Assembly (NCBI GenBank): GCA_016214605.1
Contig: JACROD010000014.1
Span: forward strand, 41,074-105,073
Source of the DNA: Candidatus Kaiserbacteria bacterium
GTDB taxonomy: Bacteria > Patescibacteriota > Minisyncoccia > Phycocordibacterales > UBA2100
DNA: 64,000 nt
Reading direction: 5' to 3'
Under the pieces are notes generated by a model. That model saw only the letters and a list, made by a program, of their open reading frames with translations, searched no databases and was not told the origin of the DNA. A program made the position numbers and the translations under genes. How positions within the stretch are numbered: the first letter of the stretch is position 1; each line of letters opens with the position of its first letter. This document shows, one piece after another, positions 55,682 to 64,000 of this stretch.

Positions 55682-57169
55682 ATGGATTTTATACCCACCG
55701 CATGGCTGGAGCGTCTGTCTGTTCGGGGCAAGCTCTCGATCATTATTGGCCTCATCGTGTTCTTGTTGTTGTTCGGTTTTGCCGAGTTCACTTTCGGCAT
55801 GAAGGTCATGTCCGGTATTCGCGCCTATGTAGGCGGCGAAGGGTTGTGGTCAAAGGCACAAAAAGCGGCGGTCAACGATCTCACCCGATACTCCGAATCG
55901 TTCGATGAGGCGGATTACCAGTCCTTCCTGGTGCTGTTGCACGTGCCCTTGGGAGATAAGCAAGCGCGTCTCGAATTGGATAAAGATCGCTGCGATATTA
56001 ATGTCGTGCACGAAGGGTTTTTGGCGGGCGGCAACAACAAGGAGGATCTGGATGATATGGTCTTTTTGTACCGACGATTTCGTTTCGTGAGCTATATGGA
56101 CAGTGCGATCCGTACGTGGACAGAGGGGGATGCGGAGATCGAGAGACTCCTCACGGTCGCGGCTCGAATGCATGCCGTCGTCTCGGCCTCCCATGGCCCC
56201 TTAGACCAGATCGCGCTCCAGCCGCAGATCGTGCCGCTCATGGAGCAAATACATACGATTGACCAAAAACTGACGGTCCTCGAAAATCGTTTTTCGGCGA
56301 CTTTGGGAGAAGGGTCGCGGTTCATACGGGATCTTTTGTTTTGGGTCACACTAGTGGGCACTTTGGTGTTCGGTACGCTTGCTCTCCTCATCGTGCTCTT
56401 CATCAGAAAGATGATCATCCAAGTGGATGCCGCAAAAAGCGAGTTTGTGTCACTGGCGTCGCATCAACTTCGGACTCCGGCTACCAACATGAAATGGTTT
56501 TTGGAGATGATCATCGGAGGAGATGCCGGACCACTCAATGCGAAGCAAAAAGAATATTTTGAGGAAGTTTCAGAAAACAACCAAAGGATGATCAGTCTGG
56601 TGAATATGCTCCTCAATATCGCGCGTATTGAGCTCGGTACCTTTAAACAATCGACGGAACAGATCCAGATCACCGAACTGATCAAGGAAGCGCTCAAAGA
56701 ATATCGTACGTTGATAGGGTTCAAGAGTCTCACTATACATGAAGTGTATGCTCCGGATCTCCCCGTGTCGCAGATCGATCCGAGACTCTGGTCGGTCGTC
56801 TTGCAAAATGTCATTTCAAACGCCGTCAAATATACCCCGTCGGGCGGTACGGTCACGATCGGTGTTTCGTTCAAAGAGAAGAACGAGACCTTTGGCGGGC
56901 GGATCATGCGCGACGATAGCATCATCGTCGTCATAACCGACACGGGCTACGGCATTCCGAAGGACCAACAGGACAAAGTCTTCACTCGGTTGTTTCGTGG
57001 AGACAACGTGAAGGAGAAGGACACGGACGGTACCGGGCTCGGGCTTTATCTCGTCAAACTGATCTTGGACCATCTGCGGGGCGATGTGTGGTTTGAATCG
57101 GAGGAAAATCACGGGTCGACATTTTACCTTGTGGTTCCTGTCAGTGGATCGATACGAAAAAAGAAATGA
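55682..57169 (+). CDS. Sensor histidine kinase
   Basis: EGLWSKAQK sensor, ASHQLRTP, NAVKYT, DTGYGI, GTGLGL. Confidence 0.95.
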   Translation: MDFIPTAWLERLSVRGKLSIIIGLIVFLLLFGFAEFTFGMKVMSGIRAYVGGEGLWSKAQKAAVNDLTRYSESFDEADYQSFLVLLHVPLGDKQARLELDKDRCDINVVHEGFLAGGNNKEDLDDMVFLYRRFRFVSYMDSAIRTWTEGDAEIERLLTVAARMHAVVSASHGPLDQIALQPQIVPLMEQIHTIDQKLTVLENRFSATLGEGSRFIRDLLFWVTLVGTLVFGTLALLIVLFIRKMIIQVDAAKSEFVSLASHQLRTPATNMKWFLEMIIGGDAGPLNAKQKEYFEEVSENNQRMISLVNMLLNIARIELGTFKQSTEQIQITELIKEALKEYRTLIGFKSLTIHEVYAPDLPVSQIDPRLWSVVLQNVISNAVKYTPSGGTVTIGVSFKEKNETFGGRIMRDDSIIVVITDTGYGIPKDQQDKVFTRLFRGDNVKEKDTDGTGLGLYLVKLILDHLRGDVWFESEENHGSTFYLVVPVSGSIRKKK

Positions 57170-57239
57170 TAGTTGGCTCCCGGGTTTAGTGCGTGGTACG
57201 GATATAGACGATTTTATTTTTAGTGCTACATTTGAACGT

Positions 57240-57656
57240 ATGGAAAACACCAAAAAGCCAAAGATTCTTATCATTGAGGTTATTGAGGATGAGACATCAC
57301 AGCGCAAGGCGCTTGCGGAAAAATTCACTCGCGAGGGATACCATGTACTGGAAGCCAAAGATGGAGAGGAGGGGCTGAAGATCGCCCTTGCCGAACATCC
57401 GGACATCATCCTCCTCGATCTCATGATGACGCAGATGGATGGTATGACGATGCTTAAAAAATTACGGCAGCAAAACTCTTGGGGCGAGTCCGTGCCGGTC
57501 ATTTTACTCACCAACTTGAGTGCCGACAACGACAAACTGATCCAAGGTGTAGCCGACACTTCGCCGGCCTATTACCTCATGAAGGCCGACTGGACGATCA
57601 ACGATGTAGTGGAGAAGGTGCGAGAGCGTTTGTCTCGGGAGGTACCGACCGCGTAG
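57240..57656 (+). CDS. Single-domain response regulator
   Basis: IEDE, PDIILLDLMM..MDG, VILLTN. Confidence 0.93.
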   Translation: MENTKKPKILIIEVIEDETSQRKALAEKFTREGYHVLEAKDGEEGLKIALAEHPDIILLDLMMTQMDGMTMLKKLRQQNSWGESVPVILLTNLSADNDKLIQGVADTSPAYYLMKADWTINDVVEKVRERLSREVPTA

Positions 57657-57713
57657 TACGGGGTAGGCTAGATGCAGGGCGCCGTATGGTGATTTGCTAC
57701 ACTATAAAAACAT

Positions 57714-58271
57714 ATGTCTTTTTTCACCGGCAAAGGAGATGGGGGGACGACGAAGCTTTTTGACTCGCCACAAGGGGTGAGAGTCTCCAAATCCTCACCG
57801 ATCTTCGAGTGTTTGGGTCAGCTCGACGAGCTCAATAGTATTACCGGGTGGTGTAAGGTCGCTTGTCCCGACGATCTCTCGATCGACGGACGCTTGGGCA
57901 AAGATATTCTTCGCGAAGTACAGAACCATCTTTTTACCATTCAGGCTGAGGTCGCTGGTGCGCCCAAGAGCGTGCCGCCCGAGAGTGTCGAAGAGGTGAG
58001 TGCACTCATCAAAAGCATCGAATCACAATTACCCGAGGTGAAGAGTTTTCTCGTGCCGGGTGGGACGGAATTCTCCGCGCGCCTCGATATCGCCCGGGCG
58101 ATATCGAGGCGCGCGGAGCGCCGACTCGTAATGCTTCACGAGTCGGGGGAGCGCGCCGTATCCGAGTCGAGCCGCGCGTATGCCAACAGACTCTCGTCAC
58201 TTTTTTATGCGTTCACACGATTTACAAATCATCATTTCAGCGTGATAGAATATCCGCCGGAGTATAAGTGA
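57714..58271 (+). CDS. PduO-type cob(I)alamin adenosyltransferase
   Basis: TGKGDGGTT, GQLDELNS, RAISRRAERR, NRLSS. Confidence 0.9.
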   Translation: MSFFTGKGDGGTTKLFDSPQGVRVSKSSPIFECLGQLDELNSITGWCKVACPDDLSIDGRLGKDILREVQNHLFTIQAEVAGAPKSVPPESVEEVSALIKSIESQLPEVKSFLVPGGTEFSARLDIARAISRRAERRLVMLHESGERAVSESSRAYANRLSSLFYAFTRFTNHHFSVIEYPPEYK

Positions 58272-58327
58272 CGAGCAAGAAGCAGAGATAGTAGTACAAT
58301 GGATACAAGGCACTTTTGCCGCGTTCT

Positions 58328-59431
58328 ATGGCATCGCGTTATTTTCCAAAAAGTATGCAAGAGCTCATGCTGTGGTATGAGCGGTATGTCTCGCCGGTCG
58401 CGCTCGTAACCGGCTTTTTGGCCGACAACTACATTTTACTCAAACGAGTCGACCTCTTGCAGACAAACCTCCTCCTTATTTTCTATCTTGTCGTGGCTGC
58501 ACTCGGCATCATCGTGATCCATTTCGTCGAATCAGGTCGCATGCGCGATCGTCGTGTCGTCAAGGCGCTCCCGCTCGTCCTTATCGCGATGCAGTTTGCG
58601 TTCGGCGGTCTCTTCAGCGGATACCTCTCGCTCTATGGACGCAGCGCGGCACTCCCCTTGAACTGGATATTCGTATTCATTCTCGCTGCGCTCGTGCTCG
58701 GTAATGAGCGTTTCATGCGGCTGTACTCCCGGTTTCTTTTCCAGATCGGCCTCTACTTCACGGTCTTATTCTCGTTCCTTATTTTCTTTTTACCCATTGT
58801 GACGCATCGTATCGGGCCGTTGATGTTCATGCTCAGTGGAGCCTTGAGCCTGTTCATGATCTCACTCTTTTTATGGATCCTCCGCCGTTTCGTGCCGGAA
58901 GTCGTGGATACAAACCTCCGTCGCACGACCGCGATCATTGTGGTGATTTATAGTCTGTTCAACATCCTATATTTCTTGAATCTGATCCCACCCTTGCCGC
59001 TTGCACTCAAAGACGCCGGCGTGTATCACGGCGTGGTGCGAACGCAGGCCGGCCAATACGAGTTGTCCGGGGAGCCGGTGCGATGGTATGAGCCATTCTT
59101 GCGCTACAATACGATCTACCATGCCGCTTCTGGAGAAGGGGTTTACGTGTTCAGTTCGATCTTTGCTCCCGCAGGGCTTTCGACGGTCATTCTGCATGAA
59201 TGGCAAAAGTATGATGACATATCGCAGCAGTGGATCTCGGCAGGTACGGTGCGTTTTCCTATCGTTGGTGGACGCGATGGCGGGTATCGCGGATATTCAT
59301 TCAAGTCGTCGCTGCTCCCCGGTAAATGGCGAGTGAATGTGATTACCGAATATGGCCAGTTGATTGGCAGGATCGCCTTTGAAATTGTGCCTACGACGGA
59401 CCCGGTCTCACTGGTCTCTGTGGCAAAGTGA
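58328..59431 (+). CDS. DUF2914-like multi-TM protein
   Basis: IPPLPLAL, SIFAP, GGRDGGYRGYS, GKWRV. Confidence 0.8.
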   Translation: MASRYFPKSMQELMLWYERYVSPVALVTGFLADNYILLKRVDLLQTNLLLIFYLVVAALGIIVIHFVESGRMRDRRVVKALPLVLIAMQFAFGGLFSGYLSLYGRSAALPLNWIFVFILAALVLGNERFMRLYSRFLFQIGLYFTVLFSFLIFFLPIVTHRIGPLMFMLSGALSLFMISLFLWILRRFVPEVVDTNLRRTTAIIVVIYSLFNILYFLNLIPPLPLALKDAGVYHGVVRTQAGQYELSGEPVRWYEPFLRYNTIYHAASGEGVYVFSSIFAPAGLSTVILHEWQKYDDISQQWISAGTVRFPIVGGRDGGYRGYSFKSSLLPGKWRVNVITEYGQLIGRIAFEIVPTTDPVSLVSVAK

Positions 59432-59550
59432 TTATCGGCGGATCTCATAAACACTCGCATTAAAGCCGTTTATTTGCTATAAAGACGAGTGACCTCATAA
59501 GTAAGTAGGTGATCCGGGGCCCTGTAGGGCTGCCGCAGAGGTATGAGAAT

Positions 59551-59624
59551 GGTGGTCGTAGCTCAATCGGTAGAGCTCCGGTTTGTGGTACCGGCGGTTG
59601 TGGGTTCGAGTCCCATCGACCACC
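59551..59624 (+). tRNA. tRNA-His(GUG)
   Basis: G-1:C73 pair, loop TTGTGGT, GGTTCGAGTCC. Confidence 0.95.
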
Positions 59625-59686
59625 CCGATGTGTTTTTGATCGAGATAGTGAGACGAGCAGTGTGGTGTCACTTGCGATGCTTTGAA

Positions 59687-60424
59687 CTAGGTACGAATGT
59701 CCGTGTTTTTGTAGTTAACCGGTTTGCCCTTATAGGTGGCGGAGAGAAAATTGACCATATAACGCCATGCGGTCCACACGATACCTTCCTCGCGTAGTCG
59801 GCGTCCACTTGTGTACATGGGGAGTCCAAATGTCCATTTTACGATGCCAACTTTGCTCATGCGGCGCGCGGTATCGGTGTCTTCGCCGAAGAATGCGATC
59901 GAGGTATCGAATCCACCGATCCGCTCAAGGGCCTCGCTGCGCAACACGAAATTGCCGCCTTGAAGCATTGCGCCCGTGTGTAATATGTATTGGTTGAGAA
60001 GATGCAAGAGATAACCCGAAACATAAAATATATGCACGAGTGCGCGTATGAAGATCGGCAAGTCTCGGTAGATATACGGACCGCTTACCGCGACGATCCG
60101 TTCGTCGCTTGCGAATAATGCAAATACGGTATCAATCCAGCCGGGCGGGAGAGAAGTATCCGCATCAATGTTGGCGATAAAGTCGCCGTTTGATGACACA
60201 AATCCTGCTTGCCGCGCAAAGGTCAGACCTTTGCGCGGCTCGTCGACCACGCGCACGCCGGGGTATCTCAGTGCGATGTCGCGCGTGCGATCAGTCGACG
60301 CATTGTTGACCACGATCACCTCGGCATCCTTTTCGGATCGTTTGATCTCCCTCAGTACAGATGCAAGGCATGCGCCGAGAAGTGCTTCTTCATTGTATGC
60401 CGGTATGACAAAACTGATCTTCAC
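59687..60424 (-). CDS. Glycosyltransferase family 2
   Basis: ISFVIPAYNEE, NNASTDRT, DAD, GEDTD, TSGRR. Confidence 0.92.
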   Translation of the reverse strand: MKISFVIPAYNEEALLGACLASVLREIKRSEKDAEVIVVNNASTDRTRDIALRYPGVRVVDEPRKGLTFARQAGFVSSNGDFIANIDADTSLPPGWIDTVFALFASDERIVAVSGPYIYRDLPIFIRALVHIFYVSGYLLHLLNQYILHTGAMLQGGNFVLRSEALERIGGFDTSIAFFGEDTDTARRMSKVGIVKWTFGLPMYTSGRRLREEGIVWTAWRYMVNFLSATYKGKPVNYKNTDIRT

Positions 60425-60465
60425 TTGGTCAGTATACGGCCAAAAGGTTCTGCTACAATGATGAC

Positions 60466-60930
60466 ATGCATATATTTGCCTATATCGCGGCATTGCTATG
60501 GGTAGGTTTCTGTTTTGCCAAGGTCGAGATCGCGATCGAGGGTGGGCACGGGTGGGCGGAAAATCTTCCGACTTGGCGGTTGCCGGCCAAGAATTGGGCG
60601 TCGCTGCTTTTCTTCAGCGGCAGGCCGATGACGGGATATCACGTATGGATGGAAGTGTTTATTCTTTCGATCATGCACCTGACCTACCTCTTTGAGGTGC
60701 CGACATGGGGCATCGAGCTCCAAATACTCGCATTCTTTTGTTTTTTCTCGGTGCTCGAAGACTTCTTGTGGTTTGTGCTCAATCCGGCATTCGGATTGAG
60801 CAATTTTAGACCGGAAAAGATCTGGTGGCATCGCGAGCATTGGTGGGGAATCATGCCGCGGGATTACTACATCTTGACGACGATCGGTCTGATACTCTTC
60901 GCCTTGTCATATCACCCGCTCGCATTATAA
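60466..60930 (+). CDS. Hypothetical membrane protein
   Basis: EIAIEG..GWA..LPTW, LEDFLWFVLNP. Confidence 0.7.
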   Translation: MHIFAYIAALLWVGFCFAKVEIAIEGGHGWAENLPTWRLPAKNWASLLFFSGRPMTGYHVWMEVFILSIMHLTYLFEVPTWGIELQILAFFCFFSVLEDFLWFVLNPAFGLSNFRPEKIWWHREHWWGIMPRDYYILTTIGLILFALSYHPLAL

Positions 60931-60942
60931 AAAAGCACACGG

Positions 60943-61662
60943 CTATCGCACCGGGGTCCAGTCGTCGGCGAGGGGTTTGCGCAGGAAGGCGAGAGCGATG
61001 ACGTTGGTCGCCCAAATCCACCAGAGCTTGCGCCAGCCTATCGCGTGGGCGCGTCGTGCGCTGTGGTAGATCATGAGGTGCGGATCAAAATGCGTCTTGC
61101 CGATTCGCGAGAGACGAAGGAAAAAATCACCGTCCTCGCGCGTGATGAGGTCCTCACGCAAGCCGTTGACCCGATCAAAGGCGCTTCGACGGACGATCAT
61201 GATCTTGCCGCTCGCTTCGCCTTTATGCAGGAGGTTGTTTCGGATACGGAGAATGAAATTGAGTATTCCGAAGGAAGTACGGTCGCCCCAGGTCTCTATG
61301 GTCGGGTCGGCGCGCTGTGGTCCGGTGAGCGCCACAAGACGCGGTTCGTGTGCGAACCGCGCAAGTGCGTGTTCGAAAAAAGCGTTGGGGTGGGGGATAG
61401 CGACGGTTGCGTCGATAAAGACGAGAATGTCTCCCTGGGAGACGCGCGCGCCCGCATTGCGGGCGCGCGCCGGTGACTGCCTCGCATCGTTATCCGCAGT
61501 AATAGTGATATTGGCACACGTACGCGCTACCTCGACCGTTCGGTCGAGACTACGGTCGTCCGACACGATCACTTCGTGCGGTAAGCGCAGGCCGCGAAAT
61601 TGACATACGGTCGCCTCGATCGCGTGTTCTTCTTCGCGTGTGGGAATGATGATCGTGATCAT
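60943..61662 (-). CDS. Glycosyltransferase family 2 (divergent DxD)
   Basis: IIIPT.EEE, VSDD.S.DRT, ARNAGA, FIDAT, ED, SARR. Confidence 0.88.
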   Translation of the reverse strand: MITIIIPTREEEHAIEATVCQFRGLRLPHEVIVSDDRSLDRTVEVARTCANITITADNDARQSPARARNAGARVSQGDILVFIDATVAIPHPNAFFEHALARFAHEPRLVALTGPQRADPTIETWGDRTSFGILNFILRIRNNLLHKGEASGKIMIVRRSAFDRVNGLREDLITREDGDFFLRLSRIGKTHFDPHLMIYHSARRAHAIGWRKLWWIWATNVIALAFLRKPLADDWTPVR

Positions 61663-61666
61663 AGAA

Positions 61667-62263
61667 TCACCAGTCGGATTCAGCGAGTCGTTGTGTCAGT
61701 AAGCGGAGTCCGAAGATGGACAGGATAAGTATGGCGATCACTGATGCCAGCTGCAGTTTGGGCGGGATGAGCTCGAGGACATTGCCGAAATAGAACCCGA
61801 TCCCGCACAAAAGGAACACCCACACGATACCACCGAAAAAGTTGATCGCCGCATATCGCGCGACCGGCACCCGCAGCATGCCGGCCGTCATGAGCGTGCC
61901 GACCGCGAGTCCAAGCCCCATGGTGAGTTTGGATATCACGAGTATCCAGGTGTGGTAGGTATGGAAACGTCGTTCGATCTTGGGCAATATCTCGGGTGAG
62001 ACGCCTACGAGCCAGCCCCAACGTACCATCATCGGTCGTGCGCCGAAGTAGCCGATGTAATACCATGTCATATCGGCAAAAAAGTCGGCGGAGAGAAGGA
62101 CGAAGTATGTGGGCCAAAAGTCGAGCTGATGCAGCTGGACGAGTACGCCGCCGGTCAGCATGACGATCGTCCCCTCGAAGTAACACCCCAACCAAAGCAG
62201 AACGTATTTGGAAGCGTCGATGAACGCGAGCACCTGCATCGCGATTTGAGAAACGGTATCCAT
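61667..62263 (-). CDS. DedA family membrane protein
   Basis: FEG..VML.GG, D..WYYIG, AGMLR. Confidence 0.88.
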   Translation of the reverse strand: MDTVSQIAMQVLAFIDASKYVLLWLGCYFEGTIVMLTGGVLVQLHQLDFWPTYFVLLSADFFADMTWYYIGYFGARPMMVRWGWLVGVSPEILPKIERRFHTYHTWILVISKLTMGLGLAVGTLMTAGMLRVPVARYAAINFFGGIVWVFLLCGIGFYFGNVLELIPPKLQLASVIAILILSIFGLRLLTQRLAESDW

Positions 62264-62299
62264 CCTTCATAGTATACTGATAGATACCGATTACGCACC

Positions 62300-62998
62300 A
62301 TGAAGGCATACGACCAAACCATAGTTTCTTTGTCGTTTCCGCGGTGGCATACGATCATACGCCGCTATCGTACGTCTTTGGATCAAAAGGGATGTGCCAA
62401 GTCAATGATGGGTTCGATCGCTGCGTTTATCGCAAGTGTCGCGATAATGGAAGTGGCGGTCGATTTTGCTACCGACCACGCGAGCAACGGAGTGTCTGAT
62501 ATCATCCTGTCCAACACCCCCATATTCGATGTCGGATACATCTACGTCTATGGATTCTGCTTCTTCCTGGCGTGTATTGCATTCATTTGTTTGACAAACC
62601 CGAAGCGCTTACCGTTCCTCCTATACTCAAGCGCACTTTTTATGGCTGTACGGGGAGTGTTTGTAATGATGACGCATCTCGGTCCTTTTACGCCGTATTT
62701 ACCGATCGATTTTGGGACGACCATCACGAGTATCTTTTATGGCAACGACTATTTCTTCTCAGGCCATACCGGAGCACCATTCTTGATAGCACTTATTTAC
62801 TGGAAGGAGAAGGCGGCGCGTTGGATCTTTCTTGCCTGGTCGGTGTTCTTCGGGGTGGTCGTACTGCTCGGACATTTACACTATACGATTGACGTGGCCT
62901 CGGCCTACTTCATCGCTTATGGTGTCTACCATATCGCATTGCACTGGTTTCCTCGCGAAAAAGCCTTTTTCGATATGTCGCACGCAGATGTACTATGA
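62300..62998 (+). CDS. PAP2-superfamily membrane protein
   Basis: DYFFSGHT, HLHYTIDV (true start may be downstream). Confidence 0.85.
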   Translation: MKAYDQTIVSLSFPRWHTIIRRYRTSLDQKGCAKSMMGSIAAFIASVAIMEVAVDFATDHASNGVSDIILSNTPIFDVGYIYVYGFCFFLACIAFICLTNPKRLPFLLYSSALFMAVRGVFVMMTHLGPFTPYLPIDFGTTITSIFYGNDYFFSGHTGAPFLIALIYWKEKAARWIFLAWSVFFGVVVLLGHLHYTIDVASAYFIAYGVYHIALHWFPREKAFFDMSHADVL

Positions 62999-63510
62999 AT
63001 AGAATGATCAAACAAGAGATCAAAAAGACCGACGCACTTATCGAGCGAGACCTACATCTCGCGTTCATGATCGGTATTTTACTCAAGGGTCTCAATGCGG
63101 CCGTAGAGGTCTTACTCGGTCTTTTGCTTCTCTACACACATGTCGTGACCAATGTCATTCTCTCGCTCATGGATAAGGCGCTGGTAGAAGACCCGGACAA
63201 TTTCTTCGCTACACATCTCTACCAATACGCCGATCCGTCGCCGCAGGCGCAGTTCTATGGCGGCCTCTACCTCTTGAGTCACGGAGTCGTCAAAGTCTTG
63301 CTTGTCGGCGGCCTCTTGCGAAAGAAAATATGGGCGTATCCCGCGTCGATTGCAGTGCTCGCACTGTTCATGGTGTATCAATTGATTCGTTTCATCGAGA
63401 CACATTCGATCGCGATGCTTCTCCTCACACTGTTCGATGGTGCGCTCGTGTACCTTATTTGGCATGAGTATCGACGTGTCCGCGATAAGCACATCCGCAC
63501 CAAGGCCTGA
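62995..63510 (+). CDS. DUF2127 membrane protein
   Basis: LKG....E...G, YLLSHGVVK, WAYP, EYR. Confidence 0.8.
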   Translation: MNRMIKQEIKKTDALIERDLHLAFMIGILLKGLNAAVEVLLGLLLLYTHVVTNVILSLMDKALVEDPDNFFATHLYQYADPSPQAQFYGGLYLLSHGVVKVLLVGGLLRKKIWAYPASIAVLALFMVYQLIRFIETHSIAMLLLTLFDGALVYLIWHEYRRVRDKHIRTKA

Positions 63511-63536
63511 GCGCGTACCATGATATAATTCATCAT

Positions 63537-63743
63537 ATGGAGGACCAAGGATTCAATCGCCGGATGGACGAAATGGAGAAGAAGCTTGACGCGGTCTACG
63601 AATCTTCCGAAAAAATGCGCAAGTTTTTCCTCTGGACGGTGATCGCGGGAGTCGTGGCTTTCGTCTTGCCGCTCATCGGAATCTTCTTTGCGATCCCGTC
63701 GTTCATTTCCACTTACAGCAACATCTCAAATATCGGTATGTAG
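63537..63743 (+). CDS. Small conserved CPR membrane protein
   Basis: KLDAVYES.EKMRKFFLW...LP; TATAAT 7 nt before ATG. Confidence 0.7.
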   Translation: MEDQGFNRRMDEMEKKLDAVYESSEKMRKFFLWTVIAGVVAFVLPLIGIFFAIPSFISTYSNISNIGM

Positions 63744-63788
63744 GACACACAGTTGCTTATCATTTTATAAACCATAATTTTCTATCAT

Positions 63789-64000
63789 ATGGACACAGAA
63801 AAAAAGGAAATACACATCATGCCGCCGGAGCTGATCGTGAAGGCCGTCGCACTCGCGCTCGGCATGCTCGCGTTGTTCCTTCTCGTAGTTACAGTGAGCG
63901 AATTACGCAGCTTCAAGTACATTGGTGCGGGTATTAGCCCGACCAACACCATTGTCGTTTCCGGACAAGGCGAGGTCTTTGCGGTTCCGGATACCGGCGA
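63789..64000 (+). CDS. SIMPL (DUF541) domain protein, 5' part
   Basis: TM helix then NTIVVSGQGEVFAVPD. Confidence 0.8.
   Translation, partial: MDTEKKEIHIMPPELIVKAVALALGMLALFLLVVTVSELRSFKYIGAGISPTNTIVVSGQGEVFAVPDTG

Overview
Chromosomal origin region of a Patescibacteria (CPR, Parcubacteria-like) genome, standard genetic code. It carries jag-yidC-rnpA-rpmH / oriC / dnaA-dnaN, a PBP1A, ruvA/B/C, polA, holA, murE, rpsT, rplS, type IV pilus genes (pilB, pilMNO), seven tRNAs, several large surface proteins, a TA pair, an ECF sigma module and a glycosyltransferase/DedA/PAP2 cluster. The main accessory element is a complete diversity-generating retroelement (DGR) downstream of tRNA-Arg(UCU). Its target gene has a VR (46769-46902) and a 134-bp TR (47244-47377) that differ at 16 positions, all TR adenines. 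Its avd-like gene lies on the opposite strand from the RT. The headline observation is that avd and RT are head-to-head and overlapping, and one G11 homopolymer (47768-47778) lies in both 5' ends. With 11 G both genes are out of frame with their best ATG starts; with 12 (or 9) G both are restored at once, which suggests a single phase-variable ON/OFF switch for the DGR (a homopolymer sequencing error is the alternative). Also seen: palindromes inserted in frame in tsaE and the RT, a covarying tRNA-trailer repeat family, three unrelated long inverted-repeat elements, and a pervasive leaderless (-10 box 6-8 nt before ATG) gene architecture. All calls come from reading the sequence and recognising motifs; no database searches were run.
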